Below the pieces are notes generated by a model. That model saw nothing but the letters and a program-made list of their open reading frames with translations. It made no database searches and had not been told where the DNA came from. The translations under genes and the position numbers were made by a program. A DNA stretch of 62,843 nt, the filler included, from Collodictyon triciliatum (lineage: Eukaryota): the NCBI GenBank assembly GCA_043381765.1. It is 6 parts of 6 records of this genome, joined end to end, with 100 filler letters (N's around TTAATTAATTAA, not from the genome) between each part and the next. Parts side by side here need not be neighbours in the genome. Positions count along the whole stretch, not along the records: positions 1 to 11,264 come from JBHJMP010002450.1; positions 11,365 to 22,605 come from JBHJMP010002451.1; 4 more parts are not named here. One strand, given 5' to 3'. Shown here one piece after another: positions 1 to 19,318 of this stretch (the first letter of the stretch is position 1; each line of letters starts with the position of its first letter).

Positions 1-101
1 ATTCATTTTGTATTCATTTTGTATTCATTTTGTATTCATTTTGTATTCATTTTGTATTCATTTTGTATTCATTTTGTATTCATTTTGTATTCATTTTGTA
101 T
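1..101. repeat. 11-nt tandem repeat (ATTCATTTTGT)n, intronic
   Basis: About nine copies read directly; lies just upstream of the splice acceptor at 143. Confidence 0.95.
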
Positions 102-143
102 TTATGGTGTATTTATGTTGTATTTATGGGTTTATTTATCCAG

Positions 144-2645
144 GAAACATGCAGTTCAAAGGAGATGAAAGGGACATAACAGTAAGGATTGTTCATGACA
201 CCAAAAAGGCACTAAAAATTGAACAAATGAGAGAAAAAAGAGTGGTACATCATTGTGTCCTACGTGAGAAGAGTAGAGCACCAACGGTGATTCATATTCC
301 ACGAACATATTATAATCTACTAGGAATTTCTCGGACTTGCCTTGAATCAATTGAAAACTGACTTTGAAAGGGAACTCACATTAAGAGAACTATCAAAAGA
401 AAGTAATAGCGGATTGTGTTGTTTTTTCCCCTTTATTCGATTCAAAGTAATAGTGGATTGTGTTGTAGAACAAGCAAAACGATTTTCGCTACAATTCCTC
501 TACTTCGGCGACCATGATAGTTTAAGCTATGGTTTGTTTTTTGACAGATTTCGAAGGCCTGATTTTATCTGTAAGGATATGCGCAAGGGATCGCGTGGGA
601 AACGCCATGTTAAGAGAAGAAGAGGTTTTTTTTATTTATATACAAACCAACAAAATATTGGTGTTTCACTCAGCTTCATATAAACTCGAGTACAGGCATA
701 TACATTTCCATATAATTCTTGATTTCAAACTTGATTCCCTGAAGATGAATGTAATTTGAAAACAATTCAATACGGTAATTGAAAATAGAATGTACAATTC
801 ATTTGTCGTCTAGTCGGTCTCGGGTCTGGGACAAAGACATCCCTTTCGGATTCCGAAATAGAGTCCATTAAATGCCTTGTTAACCTCCTGATATGTGATG
901 ACATGGTGCGAATTATTGCCCACAGAATGCAACTCACCTCTGGTGCTATAAGCCTCATTATGGTAATGCCATCATATATTTTTTTTTCACAAAATACATT
1001 TATTTTACGTAAGAAAATAAGAGAATGATGGAAATTAACTCTTCAGGTTCGCTTGATTGAATTCTTACTTGAAAATTTGTTTGCCCAGGCCATGGGCGAC
1101 TCGCCTTACAAGTGGATTGTTGTCAGAATGGTTTTTGCTATTAGTGTCTACCCGAAAGCCAGAGAGTCATTGTTGACCGAACTATCCGCTATACCGCTAT
1201 GTATTCAGGTTCATTTTTTATAATGAGATACGCCCAAGAGATATGTACTTATTACAACATTCATATGAAAGTACTTTTCACCGGCATGATTCCAATCTGA
1301 TATTCTAAGACTTTAGCTACGGACGTATTCAGGTTAATTACTAGAAAAAAAAAAACGTGTGCTTTTTAAATAATATCATACAGGAACTAGAAAAATGCAG
1401 TCAAGATGGAAATTTCAGCGACCCTCTATCATCTGAAATTCTCAATCTTTTGTTTTCTCTTACACGCGATTACTTTGAACTTGAAACAACTTCGACCACT
1501 GACGCATCTTCTGTTTCTAAAAAGTACCGCGCTTTTTTAAATCAAAATGGAAACTTTTCATATGGCATTGATTATGATTATAATAGTAGTAGTAGTAATA
1601 TTAATAATAATAACTGGCCATCAGATTACTGTCTGTGTTGTCCACTCTACTTAGCTCCCCCCTGAATTCATGGAAGATGAAAAAGACATCGATTGAAATC
1701 ATGATGAACATCCCCATTAAAGAAATGTATCCCTTTATTATTGAGACTCCTCAGTTTACTCGTATTATTGTGGAATCTCTTGCACACACATTGGACCACG
1801 GTGACGAATAGTAATGAGATGAATATAAATATAACTGTTTTGGTATTTAAAATTTTCGGTGACATAACATATCGGCACAATTTAAAGCAATATTTTATTA
1901 GAAAATTCGCTGTATTATTATTGGTAATCGCCAAACCAAATACTTCACTTCTTTTTTAAAAAAAATATTAAAAAAAAAAACAGTGGACAAGACATGCTTG
2001 GAATAATGAGCGTTTTGAGAACCTGTTGCAAGGCATCCAGAGAATCGCTCTTGGTTATACGTCATGCTCTTCTCCCTGACTATGATGAAGATAAACCCAT
2101 CGCAATCAGGTCTCTACTTTTTCTTATTTTCTGGTATTATTCACCATAAATATATATTAGCAATTGTGAAATGAAAGTGTTTGAAGAAAAATTAATTCAT
2201 TTTTTCTATTGCAGTCCTCCGCCTTGCCCACCCGGCAGCCTAAAATCCAAAATACTTAAATATTTCAACTCTCCGTCTCCTGAAGTTCAACAGACAATTG
2301 GTCAGCTGTTTTTCGAAATATGCGAAGAAGATGGTTTGCATTGTTGATACATATTCTCCACATGACTTATATATGACAATGAAATATAGTAGGATTTCGT
2401 GTTTGTTTGTTTGATTGATTGATTGATTGATTTAATCAATTACTATTAGCACCTTAAACTAAACACATATTCAATACTGCGAGTTTTCCTCTTCTTTATT
2501 CTTCTTTCTAGCAAACAAGTTCAGTTCCGAGGTGGGTTTGGGCCATGGCGCTGGGCTACTTGCCAGTATTGGGCTAATCAACCCGGCACAGATGGCTAAT
2601 CCACTCAAAGCATCAGAAGCATCAGCCTCATCTTCAGCGGAATAG
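144..2645 (+). CDS. RIC8: Ric-8/synembryn G-alpha GEF and chaperone (multi-exon, 5' end outside window)
   Basis: Spliced exons give LILSVRICARDR, EIESIKCLVNLL and C-terminal SLKSKILKYFNSPSPEVQQTIGQLFFEICEEDANKFSSEVGLGHGAGLLASIGL, matching Ric-8 motifs (RILSRD, ESLKCLCN, AEFLFVLCxExxxRFIKYTGYGNAAGLLA). GT-AG introns; TAG stop at 2643-2645. Confidence 0.85.
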
Positions 2646-4188
2646 AATATCCTGATTATCAGATACCAAAAAAAAAATACTTTAATCATGGCTGCTCAAC
2701 TTTCCCTGCAGTGGGGCTAGCGGGCGAATAAAGCGAAGAAAAAAAACCGAAACCAGGCAACGAGTGTCATAACCCTAGCAAAGTGAAGATACTATATGCG
2801 GATATTATATTAAATTACGAAATGCCCAAAAACCCTCAACGTAATCAACTTGCTCGACAATTTTAAACAACACCAAGCGACTCAATAATACTATTAATCG
2901 CTGACCTAGTAAATCAAAGACACGCATACTTCTACTAATCTGTATTAGTAGTTCCTTGAATTGCCAGCGGTTTGTTTCTCGCTTTCGCCTTCAGAACACC
3001 ACGAATAAGACTAGTCCAAGCCATACTTTCCTTGCCGAGAAAAAACCCGTCCACGAACCCGCAGACTGATTCCGCGAAGCGCTTCTTTCCTTCCCTGCTT
3101 GGAGAGATCGAACCTTCTTCTTAACGCCGCGTCAGCTCTGCTGCGAGAGTCTCTGTGTCTCCCTTTCTCTTTGTTGCTCTCGGCCAGCTTCGAACCGGCT
3201 GCGGGCTTCGTTGGCGATCTTTTCGCGGAAAACAGGGCGGACTGCTTTTGGGAAAATAATTTCGCATTGGGTGGCTTGCGCAAGAATTCTGGGAAAACTA
3301 CCGAACTGGGTAGTCCACATTTGGGTTATTTAAGAGAAAGTCTCCCAAAGAACAGTTGCGCTCGCGGGCTTTAATAATATCACACCGACAGCATCGCTAT
3401 CAAATCCTGCAAAGCAGACGAGGCATTGGGCGATGGACAGAGGATGCCCGGAATGTGTCCGTATGCGCGTAGTATTCACTGAAAAGTCAGGGGCGTCCTA
3501 GTCATTCAAAAAAAGTGGATCAAACAAGCAAACTTGATCAAAGGATGAATCACGCTCAAAGCCGTTCACGATCCGAAGAACCGGGACGACCTGCTTGCAA
3601 GAGCATTGTTGGTCACTGTCTCTCTCCCTCTCAATCCCAAGCATTCTTCTCATGGGGAAGTATTTTCCATCCCCCAATAGCCTGGGAGAGATCACGTCAT
3701 TTCCCTTCTCTCTGGTGCTTTGCAAAATGCGAGACTGCACTCTGATTCTTTCTGGCCCTCTATTCTTTGTCTAATATTCGCACACATCACGCTACTTGGG
3801 AATGGTTTATTTTTGCGGGTGAACTTGTTTTAACATCTGGCAAGCACCCTACTCTACTTGCCGGTCATTTTTCACGCCTACGAAGGGTCAAAGTCTATTT
3901 TCCCTCAATTTTTTTCTGTGTCACGTGGCAGTTTTCCCTTAGCTTTCACACTCTTGTTCTATTCAAGCAACCTTCACTCTGTAAGGCGTTGGAAGTTTTC
4001 TCACTCTTCTGCAACAGATGTCCAACTGTCTAACTCAAACTCTAACTCACAACTTGCGAGCTTTTGATCGGCGAGGCACGTTTGTCAGATGATCAAAGTG
4101 GTTGAGTTCGTCTGTTCAACCTTGCCTTGTTTCTTGTTACTAATACTGGCTTCTGTTTTAAGCATCTCAGCCCCACACAGACTTGATC

Positions 4189-5641
4189 ATGGCCGCAGCC
4201 TACGACTACCTCATCAAACTCCTTCTCATCGGTGACTCTGGTTTGTCTCCCAAATAAAATATGCAACACTCTGAACATAATTTCTTTTCCTGCCTCAACT
4301 CCACTGCGCAGTAATATGTGATCTCGGCTTATACAACCATATATCCTTCTTCGCTGTCTATAAGTTGTCGTCCGGCTCTATATTGCTTATTTCCATACTG
4401 CGAAACGTGTTGGGGTTTTCTGTTATGGCACTGTCATTCAAAGCAAACCTTTGGAATCGGATTTTTAACCAAGACTATTAACTTATTCAGGTGTCGGCAA
4501 GAGTTGTCTGCTTCTTCGCTTTTCTGACGACACGTTCAGCCCTAGCTTTATCACCACCATCGGGTGCGCGCAACATTTTCAATTCTTTCTAGTCAAAGAC
4601 TGTCGTAGTCTGTCTGTTCTATTAGCTCGATTTGATCTCTTTTGTCATCTTACGTTTCTTGCATGTTTTGACTCTATATCTGCTAGGATTGACTTCAAGA
4701 TCCGCACGGTCGATCTCGAAGGAAAGCGCATCAAGCTCCAAATCTGGGACACTGCCGGACAAGAGCGCTTCCGCACAATCACAACTGGTTTGCTTTATTC
4801 ATACACTTATATTTTTCCCTTGTTGAGGCACCAATATACATATGGAGATATATGCTCTTCATTTCCTTACTCCACGCTCAAAACACAGCCTACTACCGCG
4901 GTGCCATGGGTATTCTTCTAGTCTATGACGTGACTGACGAGCGCTCCTTCAGCAGTAATTTTTTTTTTATATAAAACAAACTATTTTACGTCAATCCTAC
5001 CTGGTGAACTATGTATCCCAACGACAGGACATAAATATTTTTTTTCTAGACATAAAGAACTGGATCAGGAATATTGAGCAGCATGCGACTGAGTCGGTCA
5101 ACAAGATGCTCATTGGAAACAAATGCGACCTTGAAAACAGAGTAATTACAAAGGCCTTATCATATCTTGACTCTACTCTCTCTGTTCATTTTCTCCCCTC
5201 CCCTATCTGTACTGGGCCTTGTTTGCCCTCTTATCCACTCCCAGCTTTACCACACACTCCCTCTCCCTGGTTCCTCTCTCACCCACTACCCTCCCCATCA
5301 AAGGAAGTTACGAAAAGTTTAGTCGAAAAGCAGCAGATATTCGTAGCAGCCTCATCACTATGCCACATGGCAAACTCACCCAATATGCAAACAATTACCA
5401 GGCCGTCGACAAGTCTCGCGGACAGGCACTCGCAGACGAGTATAAGATTCAATTCCTGGAGACAAGCGCCAAGGGCAATATCAATGTGGAGGAGGCCTTC
5501 TTGACCATTGCAAAGGAAATCAAGAAGCGACTGATCGACCCCAGCGGATCCGGCCCAAACACCGGAGGCCAAGGCGGAGTTGTCAATCCTGGGACAGTCG
5601 ATCCCAAGGACGCCTCTCAAAAGAAGAAGGGCTGCTGCTAA
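4189..5641 (+). CDS. RAB8: Rab8/Sec4-family small GTPase
   Basis: Exons 4189-4240, 4491-4563, 4687-4787, 4889-4954, 5050-5141, 5402-5641 give [79 protein letters not shown] and a C-terminal CC prenylation motif. Confidence 0.96.
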
Positions 5642-6486
5642 GAACCGACGGTATATCTGCGCGTCCACCCCAAATCCCCGTTCTCTTTCCGCCCCGTTTC
5701 ACTCCAACGCTTTCTCTTGTCTTTTGCTCATCCTGTCCCTTCCCCTCACTCGTCTTTCTCTTTATTTACGCGCTCTCTGCTCCCCATCGGCAAGTAAGGA
5801 TATACAACTTCTCTTCACAATTAAGCACTTGCGCCCTAACCCGATGCCCTCGTCCCATACACATCGCTTTGCACCATCTCCTATTACCACGACGTTGATT
5901 TTTATCTTGCATTCACCATCCGCGTAATGAGAGGGTTTAACAATCTGATTATTATATCCAAAAACAACATCATCATCACTCAAAGAGTCCTTGCAATCCC
6001 AGACACGCGCACGAGCGACGCTGGAAGGAACCGTCGGTACCCAAGTGACAACTTTATGTTTGTCTTTTCTCTATCCACCTTCCTCTTTTTTTCCATTTAT
6101 CATTTGTGAGTAGGATGTGCTGCACATATCCACAATCACACATCGCCTGGTCTTGCGGTTGCAGACGGGTGAAAGCAAACCGTGTCAAACCCACCCAGCG
6201 AGGCAGATGAAACGGGCGACAATACAGCAGGAATTGCAGAGTTGAGAGAGAGAGAGAGAGAAAGAAAGAGAAGAAGTGGTGGATAGAATGCAAGAAATCA
6301 GAGCAGTATGCGAGCGAGAGAGAAGACCAAATAATCCAGGTAGCCAAAGTAGTGCGTATTGCAGCTTGGTAGCGTGACTAGGTGGAGACAATGACCTGCT
6401 AACACCAATATCATCATCATCATCATCATCAGGAGCAGCATGCTCAAAAGAAAGAGAACTCCTAAGCGGCCGTCTGGTGGGGCGAG

Positions 6487-9400
6487 TCACGAATGATGTG
6501 CATGTGGGCCAAGCTGTGGAGAGAGTGTCGGAGAGGCAGGGCGCTGATGTGCGGTTACAAAGCCCATGTGATGGATGGGTGCAAGAAGCGTGATGAAGCA
6601 CTCGTCGCATACGCGCTCGTCCATCCCGCCGACAGGGAACTTCTTTGTGGAGCAGTCTCCGCAGATAATCTCTCCGCATTTCCGGCAGTGGTGCTGCGTG
6701 GTTGGGATGAAAGATGAGAGAAGGACGAAGAGAATGGAGAAGAGGAAAAACAAACAAACAAACAAACAAACAAACAAACAAACAAACAAACAAACAAACA
6801 AACAAACAACGAACAACATAAACAACATGAGCAAAGAAAAGAAAAAGGGATTTAATTTCATATATCACTCGTCCAGTGTTTTCATATATTGGATATTTAC
6901 TCGTCTGTTAAGCAAGGTGAACTCAACATTGCATAAATTGCAAACTACGGCACTCGCATCTTGTTTCCATACTGGTGCGACATCTGGGTCCAAGAGCGCT
7001 TCTAATGGTATTGCTTGGTGTTTAAATACCCTGTACAAAAAGAAAGAAAGAAAAAGAAAGAAAAAGAAAGAAAAAGAAAGAAAAAGAAAGAAAAAGAAAG
7101 AAAAAGAAAGAAAAAGAAAGAAAAAGAAAGAAAAAGAAAGAAAAAGAGAAAAAAAGAGAAAAAAAGAGAGAAAAAAGAGAAAGAGAGAAAGAAAAGAGAG
7201 AAGATTCTCGGAGTATTCAGACCTCTCTTGGCTGCAAGTGTGGAGCGATAAATGGAAAGCTGCATATTAATAGATTTTATCCAGGATTCTTTATCAGCCA
7301 AGGTCTCTGCCTTCACAACAAATGATTTACGGGAACTACCAACGATGAACCCATAATATGCTGCGTATTTTGGTTATTATTATTATTCTGTCATTTCTGT
7401 ATTATGAAAGGTGAATCGCTGAAAAGGACTTTTTTTTTTTTAAAAAAAAATAATTAAAAAATCTTTCTAGCCGGAAGACCTTCAGCAAAAAATATATATA
7501 ATATAAAATAAAACAAAAAATAAAACAAAATAAAATAAAAAATAACAAAAGGTTAAAGGCACGAGATTAATTAGGGATTAACAGGCATAATTAATAAACA
7601 CAAATCAGTATATCAAACGTGCTCCAAACCTTCTGAGGGGTCGTTTGTGACGGCAAGTTCGTGCATCCCAATCTTTTGTGATAGTTTCATCGAACCATCA
7701 GAATTCGACTTTGCAGAGAGAAACAGATCGTTGAAAAGAATAAGATGTCTTTTTTGGTCATCTTTGCGACACAGTTTGATGACAGTTCCTTGCTTTATAA
7801 ACTTTCGGTGGGGCACAATTATCTAAAAGAAGTAGAAAAAAGAAGAAAAAAGAAGAAAAAAGAAGAAAAAAGAAGAAAAAAGAAGAAAAAAGAAGAAAAA
7901 AGAAGAAAAAAGAAGAAAAAAGAAGAAAAAAGAAGAAAAAAAGAAAAAAGAAAAAAGAAGAAAGAAGAAAAAAGAAGAAAAAGAATGGATGAGTGGGAAA
8001 TTTTACGAACAAAAGGGAATTTCCTGAAGATGATTTATTAAATTGATTACCATCGGTTTCATTTAACTTTTTTTTTTCACTTTACATTATCATGAATTCC
8101 AATTACCTGAAGCTGGCCAACAAATTTTTCATGAATCGAAACAAGAACGTGCCTATCCTCTTGTTCCTGGATAGCTTCATTTACTTTCAAAGCTACCTCA
8201 CGAACTTGTTCTAATGCCTACAAAATATTTTATTTAGTCCCTTGGGGCGATACTTACATGGATAAAATGCAAAGTACTCTTTCAAGTCCCTGAAAATCAG
8301 GATGGGCAGGGCTTGTATTCTTAATAATCTCCTAGAAATGTCAAGTATTAGATATGTAGTTCAGGAAGTATAAACTGCATTATAAAAAGGCAAATAACTG
8401 TACATATGAGATACCTGAAGCAACAGTTTGTATCGTGGTATTCTTTGGACAGGCATGATTAACAATGACCTCAAGTCCTGGCCATAAGCACCCTCTTTCT
8501 CTTTTTGCTCCTATTATATTTAGAAATAGTGCGATTCCAGATTAAGTCGTGTGCATAACCGAGATACGTATGCCATTTTCCAGTGGCAAAGTAGAACGGT
8601 AAACGCGGCCAGAAATATATCATCATTTATATATTAGTATCCAAATATAAATGACAACATAACAAGTTTAGGCACACACACAAGAAGATAAGAACAAGAG
8701 ACTAACAATTAAGAATTGAGAAAATTTCTGATTGTGAGTTTCATGGTCACTCATGCTCCTTAGAGCATTATCAAAGCTCGCAACATAGCTTGTATACATT
8801 TTAAGAAATGGTATCTATGGGTGAGACGAAGCGCAGTTAAGAACTGGTTTATAGATGTGTTTCATTTGTCATAAACATTGAACTGAATGCTATATCATCC
8901 GCCTATTCCTAATTCAAATCCAAGTGCACATTATCTTTTCATTTTATTTCTAATATGGGCATAGATTTAAGGGACAAACCAGATAATACATAACATCGGA
9001 TAGTGTACTCTCAGGAGACCAGTCTCTTATTTTCATGTATAACTCTCGGAGTAATGTTTCATTTACATTCAATATCTGCCTCATATGAGCGAATATGATT
9101 CCGATTTCTGGCGATATAATCAGCATCTCCATAGGCTTAACATACTCCTAGGAGAAAGATATTTGGTGAAATGATGGCCGTTAGTAGATGCAGTCTCATA
9201 AATCGCTATCTCATATATTATTGAAATGAATTGTATATACAAAAAATGAAAGAGTGATTCATTTTTATATCGACATTTCGTCGAAGACAAAAGGGGAGAG
9301 ATATCTTCTAAAAAAAAAGTTAAATAATTACAGAACATATGATATTTTGATATATACACGCCAAAGAACCAACCTTCATTACAAATCTCAAGCTGGAGAC

Positions 9401-10354
9401 ATATTTAACCTCTGTGGTAAACAGTTCCAAAGCAACCTTGTCTCGATGTTTTGGAAATTGAAGCTTTGGAGGAATATATGCCATAATTCCTCGGATTTGC
9501 TCTTCCCATGGTATGGCCGTCATGGATGGGTCTTTGTTGGGAATCTCAATGACAGACGGTTTTCGAGGGAAAGGTTGGTCCGCAGACTTTATTGGAGAGG
9601 CCTGAGTTTTTAACACGCTTGACTGCTGGTGGTCTATCATCTATAAGATTGTTATCATTAGTATTAATATTATTTGGAATAAAATCAAAAGGCATAAGAC
9701 CGAATTGGGGGCGGGGGAAGTGTTGCTCAAAAACAGTAAAGTAATATATTGTAATACATCATGACTGCATAATAAAATGTGAATATAGAGGCCCCATTCA
9801 CGTAAAGATGAAACAAACGAATGGCTGCAAACGAGCTCAAGCAACTCGCATAATTACTTACAGAGTCTGATGAACGAGATGCAATCAGTGTTTGCTGGGT
9901 CACAGAATCTCGCAAAGAATCGTTTGTTGTAGACGCCAAAGAGGCAGTGGACATGGCCAAAACAGTGCTTCCGTTGAGACTGTGTTTGGTCGATCCAAGA
10001 AACGATGCGTCCCGCGCAAAGTCTTGCACACGATAACGAGGAGGTGCTGGCCGAGAAACTTTGGGGCCATCTGAAGAAGTCCTAGAATCAATAGACGTGT
10101 GTCAAGAAAGAGTACAGATGAGAGAAATACTATGCGATGTTATAGTATACAGAATAAAAGAATGTAGCATGGGAAAGGCAAGGAGGAGAATATCAAATTA
10201 AGGCTGATAGTCTAATGATTCTTTTCTTTTCGTTTCGATCTAGTTTGCGGGGTCGAGCTGCAGAGTATATGAGCACGCATTTTAAACTCAACTAGAAAAC
10301 TTACGGGCGAGAGGACGGAGCAGAGGGACTTGTAGGGCGCTGAGGATCGTCCAT
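6487..10354 (-). CDS. FGD/frabin-like RhoGEF (DH-PH-FYVE); start codon uncertain
   Basis: Spliced: DH domain (RDKVALELFTTEVKYVSSL, PFLKMYTSY, LRSLLIMPVQRIPRYKLLL), PH domain (RKFIKQG, HLILFNDLFL, KESWIKSI), FYVE domain (PVWKQD, CNLC, FTLLNRRHHCRKCGEIICGDCS, RVCDEC). TGA at 6487-6489. The first exon could not be linked unambiguously. Confidence 0.92.
7037..7200. repeat. Purine microsatellite (AAAGAAAGAA)n-type, intronic
   Basis: Direct read; forms a pyrimidine tract on the coding (-) strand next to an acceptor. Similar tracts at 6748-6810 (AAAC)n and 7834-7985. Confidence 0.9.
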
Positions 10355-10985
10355 CGGGACAGCAGTTGGGGGGTTTGCTCTGCAAACGATGCAGCTACAA
10401 CATAGATCGCTTCAATTGCAAAAAACACACCCTTCCCCACGTCCTCAAGCATACAAAGTGCATCACAGAAAAAAAAAAGGAATTATTTTTTTCTATTTTC
10501 TTCAGTACTTAATTTCGCTTTTTTTTTTTTTTTGAATAATGCTTCGCACAAAAACTGAAATAATCGAGTAGTTTACTCCAAGGTGTATTCGAGAGACCAT
10601 CATATGTCACTTCTCTAAACTTATTTTTTTTTTCGTGCCTTTTTGCTTCTCTGTGCCCCATGAAACTCTGTGTGGGCTTTTTGTTAGGGTAGCCAATAAG
10701 AGATGTCTCTAGCCGCAGGTGCGATCCGAACACCCGAAGGAGAATGGCGGTTGCTGCAACTCAATCCGAAAAGCCTGCGACTCGGCTGACAGATCAATCA
10801 CCGACACTCAACTCATCATACCTAATATAGATAAAATATTTACTATAGATGGAATTCATATTATATTACAGTTATTATCACACCACGTCACGTAATTGGT
10901 ATAATATATAGCAATACAAAGAGAGTAGAAATTATTTCAGATATGCAGATTGCTAGGGAAGTGCTACGCTTTCCAACGTGGTGTG

Positions 10986-11033
10986 CTAAGCTACCGAGCT
11001 TTTAGCTATTATCATCCGCTGTAAAAGCGCCTG

Positions 11034-11065
<32 letters not shown>

Positions 11066-11164
11066 TTGACGCTCTTATCTTTCCGCGTATGAAAGATAGA
11101 AGCAAGTAGCATATGAATGCAGCCGAGGCTAAGATGGATATGCCCAACCACCACATCCCATCTT
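10986..11164 (-). CDS. Probable terminal exon of an unknown membrane protein cut by the contig end
   Basis: Acceptor tgtgcag then DGMWWLGISILASAAFICYLLLSFIRGK...SSVA-stop; one hydrophobic helix and a poly-Ser run. Confidence 0.45.
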
Positions 11165-11264
11165 CTGCACACATAATTCAACAGTTATTAAATTAAAGCA
11201 CGCTTTTGGAGCGCTTTGATTTGAAAAGAATAAATGAATGAGAAAAAAAAAAAAAAAAGAAAAA

Positions 11265-11364
11265 NNNNNNNNNNNNNNNNNNNNNNNNNNNNNNNNNNNN
11301 NNNNNNNNTTAATTAATTAANNNNNNNNNNNNNNNNNNNNNNNNNNNNNNNNNNNNNNNNNNNN
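11265..11364. other. Artificial contig linker
   Basis: N44-TTAATTAATTAA-N44 (stops in all six frames). Confidence 0.99.

Positions 11365-11458
<94 letters not shown>
11365..11458. repeat. (ACT)n microsatellite at contig start
   Basis: Direct read. Confidence 0.95.
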
Positions 11459-11459
<1 letters not shown>

Positions 11460-11564
11460 ATTATTACCGATTGTTCGATTCATACACAATTTTGATTGTT
11501 AATCTTTATTCTTATGTTGTTGTCCCCATTATATTGATCAAAATGATTACACTCTTTTATGTAG

Positions 11565-12239
11565 TTAAACACTCCACAATCATCTACACAGAAGCTTCAG
11601 CTCTCAAGAACGCCTGAGAAAGGTATATCCACCTCGAATTTTCTTCCCCATTTATTTTCTGAACTATCCACCAGAGTCACACACGCCAGATATAAAGGGC
11701 TCATCCACGATGTATTCAACCACCGTCTGTTTCCAGAGCCTGAAAGCGCTCGGGAGTCCCAGGCGAAGCACACTCCCCACCCATCTACGCACAACATCAA
11801 CAACCATGCCCCTACAAAGAACGCGACCAAAAATCAGACCAAGGAGGGCACAGGAAGCATGGGTACTTTGCCTCCCACCGTCCCTGCACCGGCCCACACG
11901 CCCGGGTCTTTGACCACAGCCTTGCCGCCCAGGCCCGTGCAGCAACATGACGATGGGGCAGACGCCTTGGACAAGCCGATAGTCCTGAGTCAAGTGAAGG
12001 TGAAGCCCGGCTTTGTGGGGACGGGCCTGTGGATTGTGCGGGACCGGGACTCGGGCCACCAGGAATACGTCATGTCTGCAGAGTCCCCCGTGGCCACCCG
12101 ACAGAGGACGCTCGACCTGCTCAACCAGTGCAGGACCATCCGCGCCAGAATCGCCGCCCGTCATCGTGACCGCGAAAGAAGCCGGAGTGCGAGTTTGTCC
12201 GCCGCGTCTGCTTCTGCGGCCTCATCGGGCTTGAAGTAG
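11565..12239 (+). CDS. 3' end of an unknown protein (two exons)
   Basis: Exon 11565-11622 (LNTPQSSTQKLQLSRTPEK) splices in frame to 11737-12239 (...KPGFVGTGLWIVRDRDSGHQEYVMSAESP...SSGLK-stop); GC-rich coding-like composition. Confidence 0.65.
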   Translation, partial: LNTPQSSTQKLQLSRTPEKGISTSNFLPHLFSELSTRVTHARYKGLIHDVFNHRLFPEPESARESQAKHTPHPSTHNINNHAPTKNATKNQTKEGTGSMGTLPPTVPAPAHTPGSLTTALPPRPVQQHDDGADALDKPIVLSQVKVKPGFVGTGLWIVRDRDSGHQEYVMSAESPVATRQRTLDLLNQCRTIRARIAARHRDRERSRSASLSAASASAASSGLK

Positions 12240-12674
12240 GAGGAGCCGTCCAATGTGCTGTCTCTGTCGCGTGCCTATGCAGAGGAAAGAAACCATGAAC
12301 TAAATTAATAGCCAACAAATACCCATCAGGTACCGAGCGAATGATCAACAGATAACAATCGAAGTCGAAAGAAGAAGAAAAAATATAAATGAGCAACTAC
12401 CAAAAGAAGTGGGAAGCAACGCAAAACCCTGTCTGTTGGGAGTGCCCGTAAACACCAATACAACCCGCTGGGAAAAATCACGCAACGCTCCAGTCTTGTC
12501 TGTTGTTATTTCTTTCTTCTTCTATCCTCCTGTTCCGAGCCATCCGTTTTCCTTTTGCTTTGCAGCGCAACAAGCCTCGCCGATGTACATCTAGATAGGA
12601 TAAAGCGAGAGGGCTTTCAAAAAGCTAACCATCGAGCGAAAAACAGGACATAAAAAAAAGTACAGGATTTATGA

Positions 12675-12790
12675 AAGGAAAGGAAGGAAAGGAAAGGAAA
12701 GGAAAGGAAAGGAAAGGAAAGGAAAGGAAAGGAAAGGAAAGGAAAGGAAAGGAAAGGAAAGGAAAGGAAAGGAAAGGAAAGGAAAGGAAG
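12675..12790. repeat. (GGAAA)n microsatellite
   Basis: Direct read; about 110 nt upstream of the lipase-fusion start codon. Confidence 0.95.
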
Positions 12791-12899
12791 GAAAGAAACG
12801 GGTGTGGGTAATTTTTAGACTATTGATTGTTCTTCACCTAGTCAAATCTAAAAAGTATAGTTCACGTTGGTTTTAGTTTTTCCGCAACCCGGAAAAGAG

Positions 12900-18947
<6,048 letters not shown>

Positions 18948-19318
18948 AAGGGATGCAGCAAGAGCAACTCATACTTTGACTCACATAACGCAGTAAATCA
19001 AAAGAAAACTATTCGTACCCGAAGCTTGAGGCGTTCACTTACACTTTTCTTTTCTTGTATTTTTTATTTTTATTTTTATTTTTTTAAAAAAAAAGACAGT
19101 TAAAATGCCTCCCAGATTGTCGAAGACATAACTGCCAATCGAATGCTTCAATGTTTCGAAGTTCACAGAATATGAAAGTCCATATAAAAAGTATTATATG
19201 TATGAAAAGGACAAAAAGGACAAAAAGGATAAAAAGGAAAAAACAAAGACAAAGACAAAGACAAAAGCAAAGACAAAAACAAAAACAAAAACAAAAACAA
19301 AAAAAGTAACGATGTAAA

